Of a DNA stretch of 64,000 nucleotides, positions 25,271-37,995 are shown piece after piece. The DNA comes from Octopus vulgaris. Taxonomy: Eukaryota. The notes beneath the pieces are model-generated. The model saw nothing but the letters and a program-made list of their open reading frames with translations, had not been told where the DNA came from and did no database searches. The translations under genes were made by a program, and so were the position numbers. Positions within the stretch are counted from its first letter, which is position 1, and the number at the start of each line of letters is the position of its first letter. The stretch is from the NCBI GenBank assembly GCA_951406725.2, contig OX597831.1, forward strand, positions 23,684,001 through 23,748,000, written 5' to 3'.

Positions 25271-26189
25271 GTTGATTTTAATAACTATTTCTTAAAATGG
25301 TACCAGACTAAAAATTCATGTGGGTGGTGTATAACATTGATTTAATGGAATATTTGGGCTAGATTTGGCCAGTTTAAATATCGGAACTCCTTTTTATTAA
25401 AGCATCTGTAATTTTAAAAACATTTTTTGCCAAGTTTAATTCTTTCCATTTCAGTTTTGGAAAGAATTAAAGATTGGAGCCTGCACCAGGCTCCAATCTT
25501 GATCTGGCAGAGTTTCTACAGCTGGATGCCCTTCCTAATGCCAACCACTCCAAGAGTGTAGTGGGTGCTTTTACATGCCACTGGCATGGGGCCAGTCAAG
25601 CGGTATTGGCAACAACCTCGCTCTAATCTTTTACACATGCCACTGGCACAGGTGCCATTAAGACGATGCTGGTAACGATCACGCTCGAATGATATCTTTT
25701 ATGTGCTACTGGCATGGAGGCCAGATAGCCGCCCTGGCAACAATCACGCTTGGATGGTGCTCTTAACACTCTACTAGCACGGGGCTCGAGTGCCAGTAAG
25801 ACGACGCAATATCATTCTGAAAATAAACAATCACATCATTGACTTTTCAAATCTCCATTAAACCCTGCATTTGAGAAAGTAGTTTGAATGCTAAAAAATT
25901 TTTTGTCGTAGATATACTAAGTAAGGAATAATAGTAGGGTAAATGATGGATGGTTAAGTCCGCTGGATCTTGTATTCATTTCTGTTTCATTTTATCCTTT
26001 TATGTATCACTGGCTGTTTTTAAATTAAAATTTGTAATTTTAACATAAATGGACAGAAGATCTTTTTAAATCCTAAATACTTTAATAAAAGAAGCTAGAG
26101 CATTGAAACTGGCCATATCTGGCTCAAATATTCCAGATCTGGCCTCTAACACTTACCCTACAATGTCATTCTGAAAATAGACAATCACA

Positions 26190-26520
26190 TCATCATCATC
26201 ATCATTGTTTAACGTCCATTTTCCGCGCTAGCACGGGTTGGACGGTTCGACCAGAGTCTGGGAAGCCAGGGGCTGCTCTAGGCTTTAGTCTGATCTGGCA
26301 GAGTTTCTACGGCTGGATGCCCTTCCTAACGCCAACCACTCCGCGAGTGTAGTGGGTGCTTTTTACGTGCCACCTGCACAGGTGCCAGGGGGGGTCCGGC
26401 ATCGGCCACGATCGGTTGGAGCTTTTAACGTGCCACCAGCACGGAAGCCAGCCAAGGCGGCACTGGCAACGGCCACGTTCGGATGGTGCTTTTTATGTGC
26501 CACCGGCACAGAAGCCAGTA
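26190..26520 (-). mobile_element. Family D retroposon (young) inserted in a TTAA-type MITE
   Basis: (CAT)n, D tail and CpG-rich ~60-bp units. A second D copy lies at 25475-25808(-). Confidence 0.8.
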
Positions 26521-28820
26521 GGGGCTTCTACAAGATAATGTATGATTAATTTAAAACAATGTGAATTAATAAGCTTTACATTTGAGAAAGTATTCTGAAT
26601 GCTAAAGGATTAACATTATATTGTTTTAGATATGCTATGTAAGAAATAATGGTAGGATAAATGATGGATGGTTATGTCTTTTAGAACTTGTTTCCATTGC
26701 TGTTTCATTTCTTTTTTCCTTTTATGTGTTGCTGACTGTTTTTGAATTAAAATTTGTAATTTTAACATAAATTAAAACTGAAAGGAATTTAAATGGGTGA
26801 AAGGAATTTAGATTGACAAAAAAATCTTTTTTTAAATAATAAATACATAAAATAGGAGAAATTAGATGCTTGAAAATAAATAAATGGGACGTAGCTACAA
26901 AATTTAATTCTAAACATAATTGGTAATTTCTTTTGACTTTTTAATAACTAATGAGATTGGAAATACTGTACTGCAATTAATTTAGTGCTTAAAAATTAAC
27001 AACTTGCTTTCTAATGAAAATTATATTAGTTATTTTGTTTCAATGACCCTCCTGAGATATAAGATATTTTATATCATAAACAGCAATTTAGAACTGACAA
27101 AAGCCATTCCCTCACTGACAAGACTTAACTACATGTCTATCACTTATGGTTTCTAGTTTATGTTCTTTTTCATCTTCCTGTATCCTCTTTATTTTCAATT
27201 CCTTCATTAGCAGAATGGTTAGGGGACAAGACAAAATACCTGTGGTGTTTTGTATTTTTTTTTCTTTTACTTGTTTCAGTCATTAGACTGTGGCTATGCT
27301 GGAGCACATTGCCTTGAAGAATTTTTAGTTGGAGGAATCAACATCAGACCTTTTTTTTCTTTAAGGCCTTTTAACTTATTCTATTGGTTTCTTTTCCCAA
27401 ACCACTATACACACACACACACACAACTATCTATTAACATGTAGATATGTATGTGTGTTTGCATGTGCGTATAGACATGCTCTGTAGTAAGAAGCTTGCT
27501 TCCCAACCACATGATTCCGAGTTCAGTTCCAGTGTGTGGCACCTTGGACAAATGTCTTCTACTTTTGTCTTGGGCTGATCAAATCCATGTGAGGAGATTT
27601 GGTAGACCGAAACTGAAAGAAGTGTGTCGTATATATGTGTATGTGTGTGTATATATATATATGTGTGTGAGTGTGTATCTTTGTGTCTGTGTTAGTTCCT
27701 TACTACCATCACTTGAAACTGGTGTTGCTGTGTTTGTCTCCCTGTAACTTAGCAGTTCAACTATAAGACCGATAAACTAAGTACTAGGCTTACAAAATAA
27801 GGACTAGAATCGATTCAATCAACTAAAAAAATTCAAGCTGGTGCCCCAGCATGGCCGCAGACTAATGACTGTAACAAGTAAAAGAATAACAAAAGAAATC
27901 TAAAACAGAATACATTTAGATTTATGTGGACATATACAGACACAAACACTGAAGTAATGTTTTCAAATATATGTTCAAGTCAAAACCTACATATGTGTAC
28001 ACATGATTGTACTGTAAACACTGCATTTATATGTTAAGTTGATTTCCATTTCAACTAAATCAGCAGAATGTAAGTATTCTGTCATGTAATTAGCTTCACC
28101 TAGTTTCAAGAGTGGATACCATTCCCAGTTCTTATCACTTAGACCTCTTAACAATCAGTCAATTAGTCTTACTCAAAGATATATTGCTTTTCTCTATACA
28201 TCCAAAGAAAAAAAAAGAATTAAAGATTATTCACCTGATAAGTAAAGATTCATTGAACATTAGTATTCTTCGCCCATTTCCCAACCATCACCTACCCTAC
28301 TGTGTCCTCTCTCTGTCTCTTTTTCTACTGCTACTTAGGCTCTTACTCTGTTGAATTTACTGATTATATATATCTTCTCAAAGTAAACCCAACAATTTAA
28401 CTCACCTCTCCTTCGCTTGCGATCGTTTTAGTTTCTCGATTCCTGGAAGCTTACAGACAAAGCACATTTCACCGACTTTTTCCTTCCCAGATTTCAAGCA
28501 TCTAGAATTTAATATTGGTTTATGTTTTATCCCCTTCGACCAAAATGAATATTAACCATGACAATGTCTCATTGTTATCCACTATACTCTGCATTAAAAG
28601 AACAAAAAAAAAAAAAATGAAATGGACTGCTTCATTTTTTAATGGTTTTGTCATCAGAAAGCAAACAATCATGGCCTTTTGTTAGAGCTTCACTGACTGG
28701 TCTTATGTTGATACAGTTGTTGTTTTTGTTAGTTCTATATGTGTTTATATATTCACCAGCTAAAAAACTAGTCTTGTTGTTTATGTTGTATCCCTTTATC
28801 TACTGTAACTTAACACTTAA

Positions 28821-29041
28821 CCCTTTCATTACCGTATTTATTTTGAAATGCTCTGTGTTTCTCTCAATTATTTTAAATATAACAAAGAATTTAGTAAAAT
28901 AATTTAGTTATCATTAAGCTAGTTTTAGGAACATAAATATTGACTAAGGTTTAGTGGAAGATTTTAATTCAAAACTTAAGAAAACAAGACATTTGTACTA
29001 CGGAGCCAGATGTGGTTTCAGCCAGGTTGGTAGTGGAAGAG
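28821..29041. mobile_element. piggyBac-like MITE
   Basis: TTAA-ccctttcattacc ... ggtagtggaagag-TTAA: imperfect terminal inverted repeats (TIRs) with TTAA on both sides. Confidence 0.65.
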
Positions 29042-30194
29042 TTAAAATAGGGACTGCTTAGAGATAAATTTGTATGCTGTTCTTTCTAGCAGTCCAAGTG
29101 GCCAGTATCCATACCTGGTAAAATTCTAAGCAGCATTTCATCCAACTTTACATTCTAAGTTCAAATTCCCCTGAGAACAACTTTGCATTTCATCCTTCTG
29201 AGGGCCAGTAAAAAAAAATGCCAGTTGAGCACAGTTGACCACAATCTTGAAATCTTTACAAATTATTTGGTTTAGAACATCAAAATTAATTTTCTTTCCT
29301 TCTCTTTTTATCTATTTATTGGAAGTTATTTGTTTATTAGAATTTGGAAATTTAATAACCATTATGTATGCTAGAATTCCAAATATCTTCTTTTCTTACA
29401 GAAATTTTTTTGCTCTATTTTGCTTTGAAAAATAAAATAACTATATCGATTTTGCACATTGGTACAAAGCCACTTCTTGAAATTACCCCATATGTGTTAC
29501 TGATAATTACATTAGCAACCCCAGAGAGAAGACTTAGGTTAGTCCACATTACTCAGTAAGAAGCATGGGGCTGGTTTCCTGGTTTCTCTGGCATATACGT
29601 TCCTCCCAGCAGGACGCTGTTCTGTCACAGCATTACAAATTCTTATCAGGTGAGTGAACTGGAATAGCATAAAATGAAACGGTTTGCTCAAGAATGCAAT
29701 ACATCACCTTGTCCAGGAATTGAAACCATAGTCTTACTATCAAGAGTCTAAAGGAGAGGCTGTGTGGTAAGTAGCTTGCTTACGAACCATGTGGTTCCGG
29801 GTTCAGTCCCACTGCATGGCACCTTGGGCAAGTGTCTTCTACTATAGCCTCAGGCCGACCAAAGCCTTCTGAGTGGATTTGGTAGACGGAAACTAAAAGA
29901 AGCCCATCATCTATAAGTCCTGGGGTCGATTTGATTCGACAAAAGGTGGTACTCCAGCATGGCCACAGTCAAATGACTGAAACAAGTAAAAGAGTACCCT
30001 GTTCACTAACCCATGTGCCTCCACTGAGAAGACTAATTTGATGCTAATTGACACTAGTCAACATTTGGGATTTGAAATCTTTATTCAAAAGAGTACTAAA
30101 CACTACATGTCCATTTTATTTTAGAGCTTAACTATTTCTGCTAAATTGTTGTTGTCTTTCATAAATAATGATGATAATTTTATTAAATAATAAC

Positions 30195-30224
30195 TTTTCT
30201 TTTTCTTTATAATTTCAGGTAAGT
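30195..30224 (+). promoter_or_regulatory. Candidate recursive splice site (polypyrimidine-CAG|GTAAGT)
   Basis: The sequence reads ttttctttttctttataatttCAG-GTAAGT. Confidence 0.4.
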
Positions 30225-30828
30225 GAAGGTTTTTATCCCATCAATCTAACAAAGGAGAAATGAACAACAATGGAAATTCTTTAAATAGGAAAGAAAAGTA
30301 AATATACAGGGAAGTATTAAAGCAAATATTTTATTATGTTTATTCCATTATGCAAATGTGAGGGTTAGGTTTGAAAGGTGTTAGTGTAGATCAGTGTTTC
30401 TTACAGTTGGGTTCCATAGAATAATTCTGTGGAGTCTTTTCATAAAATGTAATAAAAATTGATTTTATTTTAAAGAATGGTATTAACTCTTTGAAAATAA
30501 TGTTATGTGGTTTTTTAATGTGAATAAATTCTCTCTGTTTGCGATTTCTGTTTTATTTAATGTCTTCAAAATATTAAGGTAATGTAAGGCACCAAACTGG
30601 AAGAATGGTTACTGTTCCGGGCAAAAGGCTTAGCAGCATTCCATCAGTCTTTATGTCCTGGGTTCAAATTCCAGCAAGGTCAGCTTTGCCTTTCATCCCT
30701 TTGAGGTTGATAAAATAAGTACCAGTTGAATCTTTGGGCCATGTAATTGACTTGCTCCTCTCCCCTTATATTGTTGATCTTGTGCCAAAATTTAAAGCCA
30801 ATATTAAAAGCAGGGAGCTGGCAAAATT

Positions 30829-31436
30829 GGAGCTAATGCAGTTTTGCACCTCTCCTAGAAAAATGCATTTTTTTGAAAAGCTTTTTTCGGATTCCTACAT
30901 TTTAGATGTTGGAGATTACGAATATGAAAATATAAAAAAAATTTAATTCAACCCCTCCCCCAATTTAGAATTTTGATTTTGCTTGCTCTAAAGAGATCGT
31001 TGAGAATTGACAAACATGCAAATCAAAATTAAATACATACAAAAACATTAAAGGGAAAAGAATTTGTGTTTTACTCATGTTTGCTCTAAATGATATATTT
31101 GTCAACTAAATGTGACGGTCCTATAGAGGACGGTGTTACTGATGTGTTTAGCCCCAGGAAGACATTCATATCTATCTATCTCTTTATACACATAAATATA
31201 TGCTTATTGAACTTAATATTTTAAAAATGTGGTTTCTGGCATATTTGGAATATCTGTCAACTAAAACACAGGAAAAAATATTTGGTAAAAGTTCGAAACT
31301 TTAAATGAGAGCGTGAGGGGTGGGTGGGGAGGATTTAAAAGAAATTTTTTTGCATACACATAATCTCTGTCATCTAAAAAGTAGGGATCCAAAAAAATGT
31401 ATTTTTCAAAGTGAGGTGCAAAACTGCATTAGTCCT
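30829..31436. mobile_element. Non-autonomous DNA transposon with long imperfect TIRs and an 8-9 bp TSD (Merlin/Mutator-like)
   Basis: TIR ctaatgcagttttgcacctc / gaggtgcaaaactgcattag, with further subterminal inverted similarity. TSD gcaaaatt at 30821-30828 and 31437-31444. The element splits a SINE B head. Confidence 0.75.
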
Positions 31437-32564
31437 GCAAAATTATTAGCACCCTGGGTAAAATGCTTAGTGGCATTTCATCTGCCTTAATATTCTAAGT
31501 TGAAATTCTGCCAAAGTCAACTTCATTTTTCTTCTTTGGGTGGGGGAGGGTTAATAAAATTAGTACCAGTCAAGCTTGAGGGTCGATGTAATTGATTCAA
31601 TACTGCCTCCAAAACCAATATTATATTATATGTATTTACATAAATATATATGTAATATATATAAATTGAGATAGGGGTTGTAAATGCAACCCTCCATGGG
31701 ATAACATATATCCATGAGTATTATCTAATAATTGATATTTGATTTAGATGTATTTCTCCATTTTCTTATCTTGTATAATATATATAACATATTTAAGATA
31801 TATATGCATATATATGTATGCATGTGAATGGATTCGGTAGACAAAAACTGAAACAAGCCCATCGTATATATATATATATACTAATATGTCCTTCTGTTCT
31901 AATTTAATTAAATTCTATGTCTTTGTGCAACTGAAGATTGCTCTACATTTTAAATTGATGTAATGAAATGATTGTACTGTTCAATTAAATGGAGTCACAT
32001 AAAACGATCGTACTGCATTACCTCTGGATATCCTTGTTTCTTATTTTGATTATATATATATATATATCTGTATGTATATATATGCATATTTTTGCATTTG
32101 TGTCCCCCTCCCCCATCACCACTTGACAACTTAGCAGTTTGTAAAAAAGAGATCAATAGAATAAATACCAGTCTTAAAAAAAAAAGGAATTGATTCAACA
32201 AAAAATTCTACAATGTGGTACCCCAGCATGGCCACAGACCAGTTACAAAAAACAAGTAAAAGATAGAGATCAGTAGTTGACTATGCTTTGTACAACTAGT
32301 TACCATGTCTACATATGTGGTCAGTTTTTATTGTAGTTTATATTGACATATGTAATCGGTATTTGCCTAAAGTTAGTCCTGTTATTTATTAAATCTCCAT
32401 GTGTGATCTTTAGCTCACTGTATTTTGTACAACTAGCAATTATATTTATATTTATGGCTGGTATTATTTGATAATTTATACCAGTTGCTATTATGTCTAC
32501 ATATGTTCCTGATATTACATTGTAATATATGCAGCCAATATCAGAAACTTGTTTCTTAATATAT

Positions 32565-33222
32565 CAGAAGTGGCTGTGTGGTAAGTAGCTTGCTTATCAA
32601 CCACATAGTTTTGGGTTCAGTCCCACTGCTATAACCTCAAGCTGATCAATGCCTTGTTAGTGGATTTGGTAGACAGAAACTGAAAGAATGCCTTGTTAGT
32701 GGATTTGGTAGACAGAAACTGAAAGAAGCCCGTCGTATATATGTATATATAAGGGTGGCGAGCTGGCAGAAACGTTAGCACGCCGGGCGAAATGCTTAGC
32801 GGTATTTCGTCTGCCGTTACGTTCTGAGTTCAAATTCCGCCGAGGTCGACTTTGCCTGTCATCCTTTCGGGGTCGATAAAGTAAGTACCAGTTTCGCACT
32901 GGGGTCTATATCATCGACTATTAAGTCTGTCCTTGTTTGTCCCCTCTATGTTTTAGCCCCTTGTGAGTAGTAAAGAAATATATATATGTATATGTATATA
33001 TATATATGTGCATGTGTGTTTGTGTGTCTGTGTTTGTCCCCACCCAACATCGCTTGACAACCGATGCTGGTGTGTTTATGTCCCCGTAACTTAGCAGTTC
33101 GGCAAAAGAGACAGATAGAATAAGTTCTAGGCTTACAAAGAATAAGTCCCGGGGTCGATTTCCTTGACTAAAGGCAGTGCTCCAGCATGGCCACAGTCAA
33201 ATGACTGGAACAAGTAAAAGAG
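32565..33222 (+). mobile_element. SINE A containing a young SINE B (32753-32980) in its internal microsatellite
   Basis: A head, then a complete B copy ggtggcgagctggcagaaacgttagc...ccccttgtgagtagtaaagaaata, then the A 3' half. Confidence 0.85.
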
Positions 33223-33264
33223 AGACATGAGAAGTATTAATAACCTTAGCAAGCCATGCTGCAA

Positions 33265-33908
33265 TATCGGTTTCAAATTTTGGCATGATGCTGGCAATTT
33301 CAGGGGAGGGGTAAATTGATTACCTCGACCCCATTGTGTAACTGGTTCTTGTTTTATCAATACCTAAAGGATGAAAGGCAAAATCAACCTCAGCAAAATT
33401 TGAACTCAGAATGTATGGATGCATTTCGCCTGGTGGGTTAGTGATTCTTATTTCTTTATTGCCCACAAGGGGCTACACACAGAGGAGACAAACAAGGACA
33501 GATAAATGGATTAAGTCGATTACATTGACCCCAGTGCATAACTGGTACTTATTTAATCGCCTCCGGAAGGATGAAAGGCAAAGTCGACCTCGGTGGAATT
33601 TGAACTCAGAACGTAGTGACAAACGAAATACCACTAAGCGTTTCGCCTGGCATGCTAACGTTTCTGCCAGCTCGCCACCTTATTTCTTTATTGCCCACAA
33701 GGGGATAAACATAGAGGGGACAAACAAAGACAGACAAATGGATTATGTCGATTATATCAACCCCAGTACATAACTGGTACTTAATTTATCGACCCCGAAA
33801 GGATGAAAGGCAAAGTTGACCTCGGCGGAATTTGAACTCAGAACATAACGGCAGACGAAATACCGCTAAACATTTCACCCAGTGTGCTAACATTTCTGCC
33901 AGCTAGCC
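33265..33908 (-). mobile_element. Tandem array of three SINE B copies
   Basis: Two young copies (ccccttgtggg.aataaagaaata tail) followed by an old-tail copy. Confidence 0.85.
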
Positions 33909-34429
33909 GTATACCTATCTGTGTACCTATCTGTTTTATTGCATAATGTATATTGTGTAATTAATTTCATTATAGCCTCAAACTAACCCCTAATACAAAA
34001 CGATGGATAAAGCCACTCCATATATTTAATATGAAAATAAGTTGCTAAAATACAAAAACAATCTGAAAGCAATAAACAAACAACTGTTATATCATTTTGC
34101 TTAGGAACTATTCAGAGAGAAAATGTAGACATCCAAGCTTGATTGGCTTCGGAAACACCAGAGTGGACACTTAGGAATTCAATTAATCAATCAAGGAAAC
34201 AAATATGATAAAAACAGCAGCATCTACTTTCTTTTTTTTTTTTGATGATGAATGGATAGATTTGGCAGGGTGCGTCGGTGTGGGGGTGGAACCCCTGATG
34301 GTGGAAGTGAATAAATAATTATGTAAACATTTTAGTGTTATGAATTTGAAATTATCCAGGGAATGAGCTAACATGAGCAAAATAATGGCCAAATTTCACT
34401 TACTGTTTAAGCAAAACGATGCAGTAGAT

Positions 34430-35543
34430 CAGTGGTTCTCAACCTGGGTCCATATGGACATTAGGGGTCTGCATAAGATTTTGTTGTTCAAATTTATGAA
34501 TTTGAAGTGGCTGGAGTGGCTGTGTGGTAAGTAGCTTGCTTACCAACCACATGGTTCTGGGATCAGTCCCACTGCGTGGCACCTTGGGCAAGTTTATGAG
34601 TAATAATTCAATTATATTGTAGGAGTGACTGTGTCGTAAGTAGCTTGCTTACCAACCACATGGTTTCGGGTTCAGTCCCACTGCGTGGCACCTTGGGCAA
34701 GTTTATGAGTAATAAATCAATTATATTATAGGAGTGGCTGTGTGGTAAGTAGCTTGCTTACCAACCACATGGTTCTGGGATCAGTCCCACTGTGTGGCAC
34801 TTTGGGCAAGTTTATGAGTAATAAATCAATTATACTATAGGAGTGGCTGTGTGGTAAGTAGCTTGCTTACCAACCACATGGTTCTGGGTTCAGTCCCACT
34901 GCGTGGCACCTTGGGCAAACTTATGAGTAATAATTCAATTATATTATAGGAGTGGCTGTGTGGTATGTAGCTTGCTTGCCAACCACATGATTCTGAGTTT
35001 AGTCCCACTGCGTGGAACCTTGAGCAAGTGTCTTCTATTATAGCCTCGGGCCAACCAAATCCTTGTGAGTGGATTTGGTAGACGGAAACTGAAAAGAAGC
35101 CCATCGTATATATGTATGTGTGAGTGTGTGTGTGTGTGTGTGTTTGTGTGTGTGTGTTTGTCCCCTCTCCCCAACATTGCTTGACAACCGATGCTGGTGT
35201 GTTTACGTCCCTGTAATCTAGCGGTTCAGCAAAAGAGACCGATGAAATAAGTACTAGGCTTACAAATAATAAGTCCTGGTGGTCGATTTGCTCGACTAAA
35301 AGGTGGTGCTCCAGCACGGCCACAGTCAAATGACTGAAACAAGTAAAAGAGAATATTGAAATCGGTTACACTCCTTAGAATACACAAAATATTTTAACAA
35401 CATTTTTTATACAATTCTTAATAATATTCAATTATAAAAAATTTAACAGGATTTTTTTAAAGCATGGAATGACTATGAGGGTCCACCTGAGTAGATATAG
35501 GAGTCAAAGGGGTCCACACGCTAAAAATGGTTGAGAGCCACTG
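34430..35543. mobile_element. hAT (Charlie-like) MITE containing a SINE A with multiplied heads
   Basis: TIR cagtggttctcaacc / ggttgagagccactg, with 8-bp flanks cagtagat / ctatagat. Confidence 0.75.
34513..35352 (+). repeat. Four 109-bp tandem SINE A heads followed by a full SINE A
   Basis: ggagtg(g/a)ctgtgt starts at 34513, 34622, 34731, 34840 and 34949. Confidence 0.9.
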
Positions 35544-35818
35544 CTATAGATAATGTGTTCCTAGATACAGTGTTTAAAAGCGGAAAAACCAAAAACCATG
35601 ATGGTTGTAGCTTGAATATATCTTTAGCAGAAGTTGGCTTGAGTCAGAGCTGACCAAGGGCTAAATAACAACTTAGAAGAAAATAGTGCAAAAAAAAAAC
35701 CCAACAACAAATAAAAAAAGGCTGCTGAATTGTAATTTTCATCCTTTTTTTAATTTTTTTACTTTCATTTTTATTTTACAGTCACAACTAAGATAGACTT
35801 TATTTATGCAAATATGTT

Positions 35819-35849
<31 letters not shown>

Positions 35850-37032
35850 CTGTGTGTGATTGGTGTAACTTTGGGAGGTATAGTAGTGATAGGATAACAA
35901 TAATCTTACAGACCAAGTACTGGAACAAGAAAGTAATTTACAAAATGTGTTAGATTATCAGTAAAAGACAAACATTGACAGGTGAGAATTCACTTCCCTC
36001 TGGAATAAATTTCACGGCTCAGTTGATTCACTTAGCCTGATCAGGAACCAGCAATAACAACGCCATTTCTTCAGTGGTTCAGCTGAATAACTTCACATAA
36101 CATTTTCTGGTAATTACCAAGGACAAGAATTACAACCAATATTTGTGTTGCAGAGTCTTTTTGTTTTTTTTTTCTTTTTTTTTCTATTTGATTTTTGTTT
36201 CTTTAGTTTTGTTTTAATTTCGTGTTGGTCTTTCTAAGGTGATGCATCGGCTGGATCATTAGCGCCGTCGACGAAATGCCATGAAAGAGTGATAGACTGG
36301 CAGAACCAGTAGAGCGGTGGACAGAATACTAAATATGGGTGCTGGATTACCAGAACCGTTAGAGGAGAGTAGAAATTAATATGTAAAGGTGGTAGGTTAG
36401 CAGAAACTTCAGAAGAGTGACCAAACTGTCATGTGGTATTTAGTTATGCTCACCACTTCTGGCTTCATGAAAAACAAATTTCTGATATCGGTTGCACAAA
36501 TTACAGTGCAGTACCAAGAACCTATATAGATATAATATTTACTAGTACAACTACATCGTTACATATTAATTTCAAATGCTGCCATGGTCAGCATTGCTTC
36601 TCATATTTCTGAGATCGATAGAGCCAAATACAATTTAAATATTAGGCCTGGCTCAATCAATCATACACTGTCCACCTCCCAGCAAACATGAAATCTCGTG
36701 ACAGTGAGAGAAATCAAAAATATGCTAGCTTTGCGACTTATGTATTTAAGGTCCATTTCCAGGGCCATTTTAGTAGCTTTTTAGGCCCCTGGGTCCTAAA
36801 GTAGTTTTCATCGACAGCAAGCCACAACACACAGATCAGAATTGGATTCCTAGACCTGTAAGGGCCTCTAGGAAAATGCTTAGAGTGCCAATGGTTTAAC
36901 CCTTTTATATTCACATTATTCTCTCAAAATTAATGCTTATTTATTCATATTGTTTTGAATTAATCATGCATTAATTGTCTCATAGCTATGAGATTTTAAT
37001 GTGGCACCCTTTAATTTTTTAGAATGACATTG

Positions 37033-37337
37033 CAGTCTGAGGCCTTGTGAGAAGATGAAAGGAGGTATAATGTCACCATCACTAGTGATCACTCCAAACA
37101 CCAGGATGTTGACTGGATGTTTGATTTTTATCTCTCTCAATACAATTTTGGGGACATGGCAAACACTCAGATTGACACCTAAAATCTCTGAAATGTTCGC
37201 ATTGGAGCCTCCTGCATGAATTCCAAGCAACACAGCATGTTGTTTCCAAATTTCTGGCAGAGTGAATTGCTCAAAAGCAAACAATGCACAGGGTCAAAAT
37301 TAAGAATATAAAATGGCAAATGTTTACTCATTGCACC

Positions 37338-37340
<3 letters not shown>
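37033..37340 (-). mobile_element. Tc1/mariner-superfamily (maT-like) transposase relic with 5' TIR
   Basis: The ORF segment KHPVNILVFGVITSDGDIIPPFIF resembles the motif following the first catalytic Asp. The terminus TA-cagggtgcaatgagtaaa sits in (TA)n. Internally deleted. Confidence 0.7.
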
Positions 37341-37394
<54 letters not shown>

Positions 37395-37399
37395 CCTCA

Positions 37400-37995
37400 C
37401 CAAGGCAATGGCTAGTAACAAAGACCTTTGGAAATATGCTGTGCTTGAGAAGGCCCAGCAAGCCAAGTGAGATCATAACCTTCATGGCCTATGCCAGGAG
37501 GTGTAGCCAGCCCACTTATACATACCTTTCCTTCATTGGACACTAAACTCTGCTTGTGAAGACCTGTTGAGGCAAGTGAAGTCAAAATCGAAATCAAATT
37601 CGATGACTGGCATCCATACTAGTGGAGTGCTAAGAGTACCACCATGATCATTGCCAGAGCAGCTAACTGGCTTCTGTGCCGGTGGCACATGAAAAAGCGT
37701 TTAAGCGAGATTGTTGCCAGTGCTGCTGGACTGGCTCCTGTTCTGGTGGTACATAAAAAACACCATTTGAGCATGGCCATTGCCAGTACTGCCTGACTGG
37801 CTCCCATGCTGGTGGCACGTAAAAGTATCCACTATACTCTGGGAGGGGTACTCATTAGGAAAGGCATCCAGTTGTATAAACCATACCAGAACAGACAATG
37901 GAAGTTGATATGGTCCCTGGCCTTACAAGTTCTTGTTAGACTGTCCAACCCATGCCAGCATGGAAAACAGACATTAACTGATGATGATGATGATT
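37400..37995 (+). mobile_element. Long family D copy
   Basis: atgctgtgcttgagaaggccc 5' block, ~4 tandem units and the D tail. Confidence 0.75.

Noticed and set aside
34835-35329. Recurrent ORFs with TEPRTMWLVSKLL or EDTCPRCHAVGLN peptides
   Set aside because: They are antisense read-through of SINE A copies, not a gene family.
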